Below, piece after piece: positions 12,279 to 24,505 of a stretch of DNA of 64,000 nt. The DNA lies in the NCBI RefSeq assembly GCF_006345805.1, contig NC_043020.1, positions 6,200,001 to 6,264,000 of the forward strand, read 5' to 3'. The DNA comes from Octopus sinensis (Eukaryota). Made by a program: the position numbers and the translations under genes. Position 1 is the first letter of the stretch, and each line of letters opens with the position of its first letter. The notes beneath the pieces are model-generated. The model was given only the letters and a program-made list of their open reading frames with translations, searched no databases and was not told the origin of the DNA.

Positions 12279-12939
12279 TACATATACAAGCAGACTAGCA
12301 GCTAAGTCCGGCTTCACCTGGTCGGTTTGGATGATATGGTTGTAAAACCTGCTCTGTATAATCATTCAACTTGTTTGGGCACGCTTACATTAAAAGACAA
12401 TTTTAGAATGACTTTTTTCTGTCAAAACACTAAAAATAACTGACCAACAAAAAATAAAAGCCAACCAAGATTCAACCAAATCAAAAAATAAACCCAAATA
12501 CTAAGTGAACAAAGATGAACCATCCCACACACACACACACACACATACACATACACTAACACATACACATTTACATACCCCACTTTTACATACACACACA
12601 TATATTCACACAGAGTTGAAACGCTGTTTGATTTATTTTTTCAGCATACAAATTTCATCATCCTACCACCAAGTATGACATCACACCTTCCTTCCTTATT
12701 CATCTATCACCCCTTCCTTTCTCATTCATAAACACAAGGGATTTATTATAGTAGATTATCTCAGTAACCATGGGAGCAATGAAAAATATACGAATTCCAG
12801 CGACAGAACTGGATCATTCTACACATCTGTGTAATTTTTCACACAATTCCGCCCAGCCATTTGACCATGAATCTCAAGACAAGAAAGAATTGCCCATATC
12901 AAATTTATATATATATATATATATATATATACTCTTTTA

Positions 12940-13336
12940 CTCTCTTTTACTTGTTTCAGTCATTTGACTGTGTCCGTGCTGGAGCACCACCTTTTTAGTC
13001 GAGCAAATCGACCCCAGGACTTACTCTTTGTAAGCCTAGTACTTATTCTATCGGTCTCTTTTGCCGAACCGCTAAGTTACAGGGACGTAAACACACCAGC
13101 ATTGGTTGTCAAGCGATGTTGAGGGGACAAACACAGACACACAAACATACACACACACATACATATATACGACGGGCTTCTTTCAGTTTCCGTCTACCAA
13201 ATCCACTCACAAAGCTTTGGTCAGCCCGAGGCTATAGTAGAAGACACTTGCCCAAGGTGCCACGCAGTGGGACTGAACCTGGAGCCATGTGGTTGGTAAG
13301 CAAGCTACTTACCACACAGCCACTCCTGCGCCTATG
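12940..13336 (-). mobile_element. SINE family 1
   Basis: Full-length; followed by a family-2 3' fragment to ~13508. Confidence 0.9.
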
Positions 13337-13519
13337 ATGGGCTTCTTTCAGTTTCTGTCTACCGAAAGGTCAACTTTGCCTTTCATCCTTTCGGGGTCGG
13401 TAAATTAAGTACCAGTTACGCACTGGGGTCGATGTAATCGACTTAATCCATTTGTCTGTCTTTGTTTGTACCCTCTATGTTTAGCCCCTTGTGGTAGTAA
13501 AGAAATAGATATATATGTT

Positions 13520-14185
13520 CAATTTCCTCTACATAGTGTCTTAATTTGACTATCCTTTCACATTCTTCAGATACTTGCTGTAGGGTTACACCCTAATTTT
13601 GTTCAAGCTTTGCAAGAATTCTAGTTCTAACTTCTGCGTCTATTTTTGCAGCAAGTCTCTGTGTAAAAATCAAACATTTGAACATATCTGGCATTAATTC
13701 AGCCAACTTAAACTTCTCGCAATCCCTGTTTACTCTACATATGTGATGTATCCCTCATCGTTATTTTTCTCCAAGTTCAGACACTTCTAACGTGTGTTAA
13801 CCCTTTCATTACCAATCTGGCTGAAACCGGCTCTGACTCTGAGTACAAATGTCTTGTTTTCCTAAGTTTTGAATTAAAATCTTCCACCAAACCTTAGTCA
13901 CAATTTAAGTTCCTAACACTAGCTGAATGATAACTAAGTCATTTTACTCAATTCTTTGTTATATTTAAAGTAACTGAAAGAAACACTGAGCATCTCAAAA
14001 TAAATACAGTAATGAAAGGGTTAAACAATGAGCTCTTTACATTGAAAATTTTACACAATATATCTATTGTGACACAAACGTTTATGTGTGAAGGTTTTCT
14101 TGGGCGTACATAATTACTGTAGTTATTAACTCTTCTTTGAATTTCTATTAACTCCACGCAAACGGAAGATAGATTTAGTAAGAAT
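13520..14185 (-). mobile_element. Gypsy-type LTR retrotransposon gag remnant
   Basis: YVRPRKPSH..ILCKIFNVKSSLF|NTR*KCLNL..VNRDCEKFKLAELMPDMFKCLIFTQ..DAEVRTRILAKLEQ; the frame is restored once the TTAA MITE is removed. Confidence 0.75.
13801..14020. mobile_element. piggyBac-like MITE (220 bp)
   Basis: TTAA TSDs at 13797 and 14021; CCC/GGG ends. Confidence 0.85.
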
Positions 14186-15039
14186 CTTTATTCAACACAA
14201 CGATTGTTTCAACCCACCCTGTTGTCCCTTACGGGTGGGATATTGTACAGTAAGTTCTATTGCATTCCTCAATCCAAGCTCTGTCTCTTCAGATGTTTCA
14301 TTTACATAAGACTATCAGAGATACCCGACTGTGCTCGGGATTAAAATGGCATGGTCTTCTTTTTCTCTTGTTTTACTTGCTTCAGGGATGTGATTGTGGC
14401 CATGCTGGTGCACCGCCGTTGGTCAAACAAATCGACAACAGGATTTATTCTTTGTAAGCTTAGTACTTATTCTATCAGTGTCTTTTGCTGAACTGCTAAG
14501 TAATGGGAACATAAACACAGCAACATCGGTTGTCAAGCACTGGTGGAGGTACAGACACACTCAAACACACACACACACAAATGTACACATATATACGACA
14601 GTCTTCTTTCAATTTCAGTGTACAAAATCCACTCACAAGGATTTGGTCGGCCTGAGGCTATAATACATACATACATACATATATATATAATATATATATG
14701 CATATATATGTAGATATATATCCATTATATATATATATATATATCTATATATATATATATATATACACCACACATATATTATATATATACACATTTATAT
14801 ATATATCTATATATATGGTATATGTAAAAAAATACAAATTGGGACATATATATATATATATATCCACATTATACGTATATATGTGTATATATAATATAAT
14901 ATATGTATATATATATATAATATAATATATACACATATATATATATTACATGTATATATATATATACATGTATATATATTATATATGTATATATATATAC
15001 ACATATATATATATTTACATGTATATAATATATATAATG

Positions 15040-15093
<54 letters not shown>

Positions 15094-15390
15094 GATATGT
15101 GTGTGTGTGTATATATGTGTGTGTGTGTATGTATATACGTACATATATATATTGCTCTGTTACTTGATTCAGTCATTTGAGTATGACCATGCTGGAGTAC
15201 CGCCTTTTAGTTGAAGAAATCAACGCCTGTGGACTTATTTTTTGTAAGTCTGGTGCTTATTCTATCGATATCTTCTGTCAAAGCACTAACTTATGGGGAC
15301 GTAAACACACCGACATCAATTTCTAAGCAATAGTGGAAGGAACAAACACACACACACACACACACTTACACATGCATACACACACATATA

Positions 15391-15926
15391 CAGGGTGTCC
15401 CCAAAAAATGTATACACTTGCTGCAACAGTCTGTCATGCCAAGCATTAGAGAGGACTTTGAACAGGAAGAGTTTTATTTCCAGCAAGATGGGGCACCTCC
15501 ACACTACCATCGCGATGTTAGATCCTTTCTTGATGGGATCTTGCCAAACAGGTGGATTGGACGGAGAGGTTTTGTCGAATACCCTCCACGTCCACCAGAC
15601 CTCACACCAGTAGACTTCTTTTTATGGGGATACCTAAAGGACAAAGTCTACGCACAGAAACCTGCAACAGTCGTTCAATTGAGGGCAACCATTGAACATG
15701 AATGTACGAATATCCCGAGGGAATTGTTCCATGATGTGTGCCATTCCATCGCTTCGCATTGTCAGCAGTGTCTGGAGCAGAACGGACGTCAGTTTGAGAA
15801 CATGCGATAACAAGACAATAGAATGATATTTGTAAATTCTTTTACATGTTGAAAATTATTCGAATTATAATAAACCTCAAATTTACAATTATTTAAGGTG
15901 TGTATACATTTTTTTGGGACACCCTG
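15391..15926 (+). mobile_element. Internally deleted Tc1/mariner-superfamily element with transposase C-terminal ORF (15418-15810)
   Basis: TA|cagggtgtcccc..aatgtatacac and gtgtatacatt..gggacaccctg|TA; ORF contains QQDGAPPHY, RWIGR and PDLTPVDFFLWGYLK. Confidence 0.92.
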
Positions 15927-16328
15927 TATATACATAGTGAAAGCATTGATAGTGAAACTTTTAAAACTGAAACTATTATCTCGCATTACAACAGAGATGT
16001 TATTGTTTCACTTTTGACACGTAACACTGAAACAGTGTAAGAGGTAAGAGATTGCTTCAGCCTCGCATTAGGCAAGAAGTTGAAAATTTTGGGGAACCCA
16101 TGACATTGCCTGAACCCTTAGTAAAGCATGTCTAAAATTTGAATGGAATCGGTTCAGTAGTTCTCAAGTTTAATCTTGCAAAGATACAGACACACAGACA
16201 GACATTCGTAGTTTTATATATATAGATATCTCTCCACATATACTGGGTTTCACTTGGCATGTTGTGATCATCTGCAGTCAGTGGCCAACACACTACAGCT
16301 GACCAAAACACTCCATGTGAAACTCAGT

Positions 16329-16729
16329 ATACTCTTTTACTTGTTTCAGTCATTTGACTGCAGCCATGCTGGAGCACCACCTTTAGTCAAGCAAATCGAC
16401 CCCGGGACTTATTCTTTGTAAGCCCAGTACTTATTCTATCGGTCTTTTTTGCCGAACCGCTAGGTGACGGGGACGTAACCACACCAGCATCGGTTGTCAA
16501 GCAATGCAAGGGGGACAAACACAGATACACAAACACACACACATATATATATATACATATATACGACAGGCTTCTTTCAGTTTCCGTCTACCAAATCCAC
16601 TCACAAGACATTGGTCGGCCCGGGGCTATAGCAGAAGACACTTGCCCAAGATGCCACGCAGTGGGACTGAACCCGGAACCATGTGGTTGGTTAGCAAGCT
16701 ACTTACCACACAGCCACTCCTGCGCCTAT
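16329..16729 (-). mobile_element. SINE family 1
   Basis: Full-length copy. Confidence 0.9.
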
Positions 16730-16914
16730 GTCGTGAGGTATACTACTAGACGTAAGGAAATTACACAGAAACCATTGGTCTTACAAGTATCACTACGGCT
16801 ATAAAGGGAGCTGTATAAGGACACAGATCATGTGTCCGCAGCCAGCTGGAAAAGGTGTTTTTCTGGGGTTAAAAAGTAGTAACATTGTCCTGTGTAGGAC
16901 TACCACGTTATGAG

Positions 16915-17301
16915 TGGAGGCGCAATGGCCCAGTGGTTAGGGCAGCGGAGTCGTGGTCGTAGGATCGCGATTTCGATTCCCAGACCGGGCGTTGTGAGTG
17001 TTTATTGAGCGAAAACACCTAAAAAGCTCCACGAGGCTCCGGCAGGGGATGGTGGTGATCCCTGCTGTACTCTTTCACCACAACTTTTCTCTCACTCTTA
17101 CTTCCTGTTTCTGTTGTACCTGTATTTCAAAGGGCCGGCCTTGTCACACTCTGTGTCACGCTGGATATCCCCGAGAACTACGTTAAGGGTACACGTGTCT
17201 GTGGAGTGCTCAGCCACTTACACGTTAAATTCACGAGCAGGTTGTTCCGTTAATCGGATCAACCGGAACCCTCGTCAGCGTAACTGACGGAGTGCTTCCA
17301 T
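16915..17301 (+). mobile_element. SINE family 3 (tRNA-derived)
   Basis: A box tggcccagtgg, B box gtttcgattcc; 11-bp TSD cacgttatgag. Confidence 0.9.
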
Positions 17302-17571
17302 CACGTTATGAGGTTGCGAAAACTGTTTAATGGGAGGTAACTCTGAGTTGTCACCAAGAAATATGTTCATGTCCAGCCTCGAGTTTTTAATGAGCGGACC
17401 CCTTTTTTAACGATTTTTTGTTTTGTTTTTTCAACCACCGGACTGCAGCCATGCTGGGGCATTACTTTAGAAGGTTCAATCGAACAACTCAACTCTGATA
17501 ATTGTTCTATCGCTTTTCTTTAAATACTAAATTACGATCAGTTAATATTATAATGGGGTCGGCTGGTTTAT

Positions 17572-17633
17572 GGGGTTACCCTGGGTTTCTCGCTTATAAG
17601 GGGGTTTGGCCTTACGGCGTATCTTCAGACCCC
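17572..17633 (-). ncRNA. Type I hammerhead ribozyme, family A
   Basis: ggggt-CUGAAGA-stem II (u.cgc..taagg/cctta..gcga)-GAAA-cccaggg-U-A-acccc; 5-bp stem I and palindromic stem III acccagggt. Confidence 0.72.
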
Positions 17634-17712
17634 AACCACTGGTGGCCTTAGACCTTGATAGCGAGGCATTTCTCCCTTCATATTTTGAAGAGGTCTCAGG
17701 CCACCAGTGGTT

Positions 17713-17774
17713 GGGGTCTGAAGATAAGCCATAAGGCCAAACCCCCTTATAAGCGAGAAACCCAGGGTAACCCC
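17713..17774 (+). ncRNA. Type I hammerhead ribozyme, family A
   Basis: Mirror copy: core 17718-17724, GAAA 17757-17760, predicted cleavage after GUA at 17769; stem II is weakened by two changes. Confidence 0.65.
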
Positions 17775-18161
17775 ATAAACCAGCCGACCCCATTATAATA
17801 TTAACTGATCGTAATTTAGTATTTAAAAAAAAGCGATAGAACAATTATCAGAGTTGAGTTGTTCGATTGAACCTTCTGAAGTAATGCCCCAGCATGGCTG
17901 CAGTCCAGTGGTTGAAAAAACAAAAAAAAGCATGTTGTCTCAGTTTTAGACGCAGCAAATGATTTTAGCTCAATAGAGGTTAAAATTCGAAAAATTAAAC
18001 TACGTTAAACTTACAAATTACAATTTTCTCAAGAAAGCCAAGAGAAAAAAATGTTTTATTTTGGCACAATCTACCAGTATACAAAGTTTTAGAGTGTTTA
18101 GTTAACTAGAAATTGTGTTGAAGACTGCCGTTCAAAAGGAAAATATCCGGGTTTTAGGGCG

Positions 18162-18185
18162 TTAGGGTTAGGGTTAGGGTTAGGG
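18162..18185 (+). repeat. Interstitial (TTAGGG)4
   Basis: Four exact units within a degenerate run, next to the end of a truncated GGATC-family MITE (~17975-18148). Confidence 0.85.
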
Positions 18186-18881
18186 TTTTAGGGTTAGTGT
18201 TGGGGAAAAAAGTCAAAATTGAAGAAGTTGGGGGAAAAGAGGGGGGGGGGGGCGAATTTCACAATGTCGATTTTTGCCAATCTTCCGGAACCGCCGTATC
18301 CGAAAACGGGGATTTCTGGTAAAAAAAATATTACAAAAATAAACATTGTCTTTGTGAAATATTGCATCATCATTCGGAAACGAAGTAAAAGACTAAGAAG
18401 GGATTTTTATGAAAGCCATGAGGAAGCAAACCAACAAATCGAGTCTCTGAAACTCCACTTCCGTTTTTTTTTTTTCACATAACCTTCCCGATATAATCTT
18501 TATCTACGCCCTCTAAAATGGTTCCCTGGAAAAATTAACTGTAAAAAAAAAAAAAATAGAGAGAGAGAAAGACTATGCGTTTTCGGAAGGGTGGGGCACG
18601 GTAACTTAGACATATTTTTGAAGACTTGTAATTTCCGAAGTTTAAAACATAATTCCGAAAATATTTTTGAAAGGAATGTCAAAAATTTAAAAGTTGCGAA
18701 AAAAGTCTCCCTTCTACATACGCGCGCACCAACGCACATATTGCTCAAGAAATATATCTGAAGAAATTTCGAATTTTGGCGTAGATAATTCTCAGCTCTA
18801 TTCCTTTGGAAAGCCGCATACAAACATATGTATGTACGTATATACGCACGCACACACACACACACACACACGCACATATAT

Positions 18882-18928
<47 letters not shown>

Positions 18929-19468
18929 AAAACATTCATATTATTTACTACCCCAAGGGGGCTAAACACAGACAAACGGATTAGGTCGATTATTATCGAC
19001 CCCAGCGCGTAACTGGTACTCATTTATCGACTCGACAGAAGGATGAAAGCAAAGTCGACCTCGGCGGAATTTGAAACCAGAACGTAACGGCAGACGAAAT
19101 ACCGCAACCCATTTCGCCCGGCGTGCTAAGTTTCTGCCAGCTCGCCGCGTTGTGTATATATATATATATATCACGTGACCGACCAGACTATCATATGTTG
19201 TTACACATCGCTGGTCACAATGCGTTCGCATATTTTAGCCTTATGACGCACCCCGTGGCTAAGCGAGCAGCAGGCCAATAATATATAATATATATATATT
19301 ATATATAGAGGGCATAATTATACATAATTATGCCTTCTATATATAATTAATATGTTCAATAAGAAATAATTATTTTCGAAATTTTTCTCTTATGAGGTTT
19401 TTACGCTATCTACCTGACAATTTCTTGTTAAGTTTTCCTTATTAAGTAGTTGTCCTTAATTGCAAAAA

Positions 19469-19505
<37 letters not shown>

Positions 19506-19540
19506 ATATACGTGTGTGTATGTCATGCAGACACATACAT

Positions 19541-19750
19541 GTGGTGCTGAAAAGTTCCTGGCTTTGGGTTAAAGAAAATATTGGCGGATCAGTTAATTAT
19601 GCTTTTATTTGCCATATTCTTCTCTGAGATTTACGCATTCATAGCAGCTGTCCTTCAGTTTTTCTAAGCTCTGTAAAAGAACTCAGAAGGTTTGACCTCC
19701 AGTCAGGCCTTTCGCTACACCTTTTTAAGCCAGGGCCTTTTCAGCAGCTT
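19541..19750. mobile_element. mariner-like MITE (degenerate)
   Basis: Ends gctgaaaagttcctggctt / aagccagggccttttcagc. Confidence 0.55.
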
Positions 19751-20059
19751 CTTGGGGGAACAAAACAGGCACAAGGACACTCGCGGATACATATATACAT
19801 ATACGATGGGCTTCTTTCGGTTTCCGCCCACCATTTCTACTCACAAGGATTTGGGTGGCCCGCGGCTATAGTAGAAGATATTTGCCCAAGGTGCCAAGTA
19901 GTGGGACTGAACCTAGAAACGTGTGCTTGTGAAGCTAGCTTCTTACCAAACTGCCACGCCTGCGCCTATATATATATATATGGGGGGTGCGTATGTGTGT
20001 CTATGCATGCATATATGTGTGTGTGTGTAGAGAGAGAGAGAGAGTGAGAGACAGACAGA

Positions 20060-20116
20060 CAGACAAATAGACAGGTAGACCGGCAGATAGATAGACAGAG
20101 AGACAAACAGATAGAC

Positions 20117-20161
<45 letters not shown>

Positions 20162-20238
20162 TATAGACAGATGGACAGATAGATAGATAGACAGAATATA
20201 TATAGACAGATAGATAGATAGATAGATAGATAGATCGA

Positions 20239-20283
<45 letters not shown>

Positions 20284-20422
20284 AGATAGATGACATACAG
20301 ATAGATAGATAGATACATAGATAGATAGAAGATAGATAGATAGATGATAGATAGATAGATAGTAGATAGATAGAATAGATAGATAGATGGACAGACAGAT
20401 AGATGGACAGACAGATAGATAT

Positions 20423-20468
<46 letters not shown>

Positions 20469-20473
20469 GGATG

Positions 20474-20520
<47 letters not shown>
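20060..20520. repeat. (GATA)n/(GACA)n microsatellite
   Basis: Direct reading. Confidence 0.95.
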
Positions 20521-20814
20521 CCGACGGGCTTCTTTCAGTTTTCGTCCACCAAATCCATTCACGAGGCTTTGGTCGGCCCAAGGCTACAGTAGAAGGCACT
20601 TGGTCAAGGTGCCACGCAGCGGGACTGAACCCGGAACCGCGTGGTTGGGAAGCAAGCTTCTTACCACACAGCCACTCCTGCGCCTAATAAATATTTGAAA
20701 ATGTCTTTCCGTGTTGTATCATTATTTTTTTTCCAGTTCCGCTGCATGGCGTGGAACCAGTCAAGCAAATCTGAGGTTTGCTTCTGCGTGTGTGTGGGTG
20801 GGGGGTGGGGGTGG

Positions 20815-21035
20815 AGGCGCATGGCTCGGTGGTTAGGGTGTTGAACTCATCATCTTAAGATTGTGGTTTCGATTCCTGGAACGGGCGATACGTTATGTTC
20901 TCGAGCAAAACACTTCACTTCACGTTGCTCCAGTCCACTCAGCTGACAATAATGAGTAATCCTGTGAGGGACTGGCGTCCCATCCAGGGAGGAATAAATA
21001 CGCCATGGGAAAACTGGGAAACCGGCCCCTACGCT
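20815..21035 (+). mobile_element. tRNA-derived SINE, additional family
   Basis: Head ggaggcgcatggctcggtggttag..gtttcgattcc; body gactggcgtcccatccaggg. Confidence 0.65.
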
Positions 21036-21047
21036 CCCCAACCTAAC

Positions 21048-21087
<40 letters not shown>

Positions 21088-21193
21088 CTATATATATAAT
21101 ATATATATATATTATATTATATATACATACATACACATATATATACACAAATATATTAATATATCATATATAATATATACATATAATATATAT

Positions 21194-21225
<32 letters not shown>

Positions 21226-21372
21226 CTATAATATATACACACACATATATATATATACATACATATACATAACATATATATATATATACATACACATATA
21301 TATAGTTATATATATATATACATATATAATACATATATATATAATATATATATATAGTAATAAATATATAAT

Positions 21373-21406
<34 letters not shown>

Positions 21407-21497
21407 CATTTATATATATATATATATATATTATATATAATCTTATATATATATAATTATAATTTATTTATTTAAAGGACACAATATATGTTTTCAA

Positions 21498-21552
21498 GTG
21501 CTACTAATAGTTTCGTATGCTGAGAAATGTTTCAAAAATATTCTTCAGGCAC
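21498..21552 (-). ncRNA. Hammerhead ribozyme candidate, family F
   Basis: gtgc-CUGAAGA-atat..atac-GAAA-ctattag-U-A-gcac; palindromic stem III actattagt; the stem II closing pair is A.C, so it may be inactive. Confidence 0.5.
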
Positions 21553-21585
21553 AACCACGTATCATAACGAACTAAAGATAAATTG

Positions 21586-22108
21586 AACAAGAGCACTCAG
21601 AGACCGCAAACCTCCAAGGCAGCACCAAAGCCCTTTCAACGATTAACCGGAGATGATTTTTAAAAGGAGAATATCTGAAATAAACTTGACTGCTCTCACA
21701 AACGAGAATACTAAAAATGAACCCAACCGCTCTCAAAAATTAAGTTAAAAAAAAAACGGAAAAATAATCCAGAATCCGTCACCTAGCGGTTCGGCAAAAG
21801 GGTCCGATAGAATAAGTACTGGGCTTACAAAGAATAAGTCCTGGGGTCGATTTGCTCGACTAAAAGGTGGTACTCCAACATGGCCGCAGTCAAATGACTG
21901 AAACAAGTAAAAAGAGTAAAAAAGAGAAAAAAGAGTAATCCTTGTCCGGTACTGGATCGATCCCAAAATCTAATCAGTCCGTGCCAGTCACGTGGCTAAA
22001 CATCCTTGGAACTTTCGTCCGAATCCATCCAGCGGTTCTTGGGATATCTTGCCTACAGACAAACGAACGCAACTGAAAACAATACCTCCGCCTTAGCGAA
22101 GGCGAAGG
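21586..22108 (+). mobile_element. Helentron/HINE-like non-autonomous element with a SINE-1 3' half inserted (21780-21935)
   Basis: Start aacaagagcactcagag; terminal hairpin gcctt-agcg-aaggc. Confidence 0.5.
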
Positions 22109-22299
22109 AAGGCGGAGTAATGAAAGAATAAACGCGAAAATGCTAAGAAGGCAGCATCTAGAAAACGCGGTGAGTTAAAAGTAAAACGGAAAACGAAAAG
22201 GAAAACCTAAGCTCAAATAGGTAAAAGAGTTATCCTTCTTAGACCTTAAGTTAAACAGGCATAGGCGGAATTTTCCAGTTCTTCAAAGTATATTTGAAG

Positions 22300-22450
22300 G
22301 CTGTGTGGTAAGTAGCTTTGCTTACCATCCACGTGGTTCCGGGTTCAGTCCCACTGCGGGGCACCTTGGGCAAGTGTCTTCTACTATAGCCTCGGGTCGA
22401 CCAAAGCCTTCTGAGTGGATTTGGTAGATGGAAACTGAAAGAAGCCCATC

Positions 22451-22496
<46 letters not shown>

Positions 22497-22755
22497 TATA
22501 TAAATATGTATGTGTGTGTATGTATTTATGTATGTATGTATGTATGTGTTTGTGTGTCTGTGTTTGTCCCCCTAGCATTGCTTGACAACCGATGCTGGTG
22601 TATTTACGTCCCCGTAACTTAGCGGTTCGGCAAAAAAAAGAGACCGATAGAATAAGTACTAGGCTTACAAAGAATAAGTCCTGGGGTCGATTTGCTCGAA
22701 TAAAGGCGGTGCTCCAGCATGGCCACGGTCAAATGACTGAAACAAGTAAAAGAAT
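22300..22755 (+). mobile_element. SINE family 1
   Basis: Near full length. Confidence 0.85.
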
Positions 22756-22867
22756 AAAACCTTCGCGTTTTCTATATGCTTCCTTCTCCGATTTTTCGCG
22801 TTTCTTCACTTTTCCAATTTATTTTTTACCTCATTATAATATGCGATTTGTGCCTCATAAATTGGAT

Positions 22868-23200
22868 TGGAAGCACTCCGTCGGTTACGACGATGAGGGT
22901 TCCGGTTGATCCGAATCAACGGAACAGCCTGCTCGTGAAATTAGCGTGCAAGTGGCTGAGCACTCCACAGACACGTGCACCCTTAACGTAGTTCTCGGGG
23001 ATATTCAGCGTGACACAGAGAGTGACAAGGCCGGCCCCTTGAAATACAGGTACAACAGAAACAGGAAGTAAGAGTGAGAGAAAGTTGTGGCGAAAGAGTA
23101 CAGCTGGGATCACCACCACCCCCTGCCGGAGCCTCGTGGAGCTTTAGGTGTTTTCGCTCAATAAACACTCACAACGCCCGGTCTGGGAATCGAAACCGCG
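22868..23200 (-). mobile_element. SINE family 3
   Basis: Reverse complement of 16915-17301, 5'-truncated. Confidence 0.9.
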
Positions 23201-23419
23201 ATAATATGTTACTTCTCAACATATGAAACAATTAGCGGCACTAAAAAACATATGTCGTGTCCTTTAAATAAATAATATTAATCTCTCACCAGTTGGAGTA
23301 ATTTTTTTGTTGATTCCTCTATCACAGAACATTACATTATATACAGCAGTGGACCGGATCTAAAAATATTGGTTGCCAGGAAACTAAGGGGGATCACCTG
23401 CAAATTACAATGTTATCAT

Positions 23420-23835
23420 TTACCCTTACTCTCTTTTCTCTATTACTTGTTTCAGTCATTTGACTGCGGCCATGCTGGAGCACCGCCTTTTAGTCGAGCA
23501 ACTCGACCCCGGGACTTATTATTTTGTAAGCCCAGTACTTATTCTATCGGTCTTTTTTGCCGAACCGCTAAGTTCGGGGACATAAACACACCAGCATCGG
23601 TTGTCAAGCAATGCTAGGGGGACAAACACAGACACACAAACACACACACACATATATATATATATACATATATACGACGGGCTTCTTTCAGTTTCCGTCT
23701 ACCAAATCCACTCACAAGGCATTGGTCGGCCCGGGGCTATAGTAGAAGACACTTGGCCAAGGTGCCACGCAGTGGGACTGAACCCGGAACCATGTGGTTG
23801 GTAAATAAGCTACATACCACACAGCCACGCCTGCG
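23420..23835 (-). mobile_element. SINE family 1
   Basis: Full-length copy. Confidence 0.9.
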
Positions 23836-24101
23836 TTTATTATTTATTTATTTATTTATTTATTTTATTAAAAGTATTCTTTTCAACTGTCTACAAATAC
23901 AACCAGGCTGAAATAATTAATGCATCATTCCAAGAGTGAATTAAAAATTTTTAGACTTGAGGGATGGACCCCTAGATACTAACATGGGCCCCCATATATG
24001 GAGCCTAATGGCGCAGGGGCCCACTTGCGATTGAGCGAGCTAACAACCTGGCCAGTCTGCCACAGATTATATATACATATATATATACATATACATATAT
24101 A

Positions 24102-24148
<47 letters not shown>

Positions 24149-24272
24149 GTGTGTGTGTGGTGTGGTGGTGTGTGGTGTGTGTGTATATGTCTATGTATGT
24201 ATGTATGTATGTATATGTATGGTATGTATGAGTATGTATATGTGTATATATAATATATGTATATATATATAG

Positions 24273-24313
<41 letters not shown>

Positions 24314-24335
24314 TATATATGTATATATATATATC

Positions 24336-24368
<33 letters not shown>

Positions 24369-24469
24369 TATATATAATGGGAGAGTTTACGAAAAAAACA
24401 AAAGACGAAGACAGGTGGTGTACAAAACAAACAGATGTATTAGTATAACGCTCAGGAATAGAAAAGAGT

Positions 24470-24505
24470 CTTTTACGTTTCGAGCCTACGCTCTTCTACA
24501 GAAAG
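24470..24505 (-). ncRNA. Minimal hammerhead variant, family B (8-nt core strand CUGUAGAA)
   Basis: cttt-CUGUAGAA-gagc/gtag/gctc-GAAA-C-GUA-aaag; stem III is the loopless palindrome ACGU. Confidence 0.5.

Larger units (their letters stand above)
17421..17925. repeat. Fold-back palindrome, ~235-bp arms, 35-nt spacer
   Basis: Arms 17421-17655 and 17691-17925, about 6 mismatches by eye. Confidence 0.92.

Noticed and set aside
13116-13337. Recurrent ORFs ending MWLVSKLLTTQPLLRL
   Set aside because: Antisense reading of SINE family 1, repeated at each copy.
14194-14297. Minus-strand hammerhead-like match (aacat-CUGAAGA-gac..gtt-GAAAC-aatc-GUU-gtgtt)
   Set aside because: It has a 3-bp stem II around ~67 nt with a competing cccaccc/gggtggg hairpin and a non-palindromic stem III, and it lies in a Gypsy leader; compatible with chance.
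16915-16990. tRNA gene-like sequences (also near 58620, 59060 and 61709)
   Set aside because: They have A/B boxes but no complete cloverleaf or acceptor stem, and they continue into SINE bodies with TSDs.
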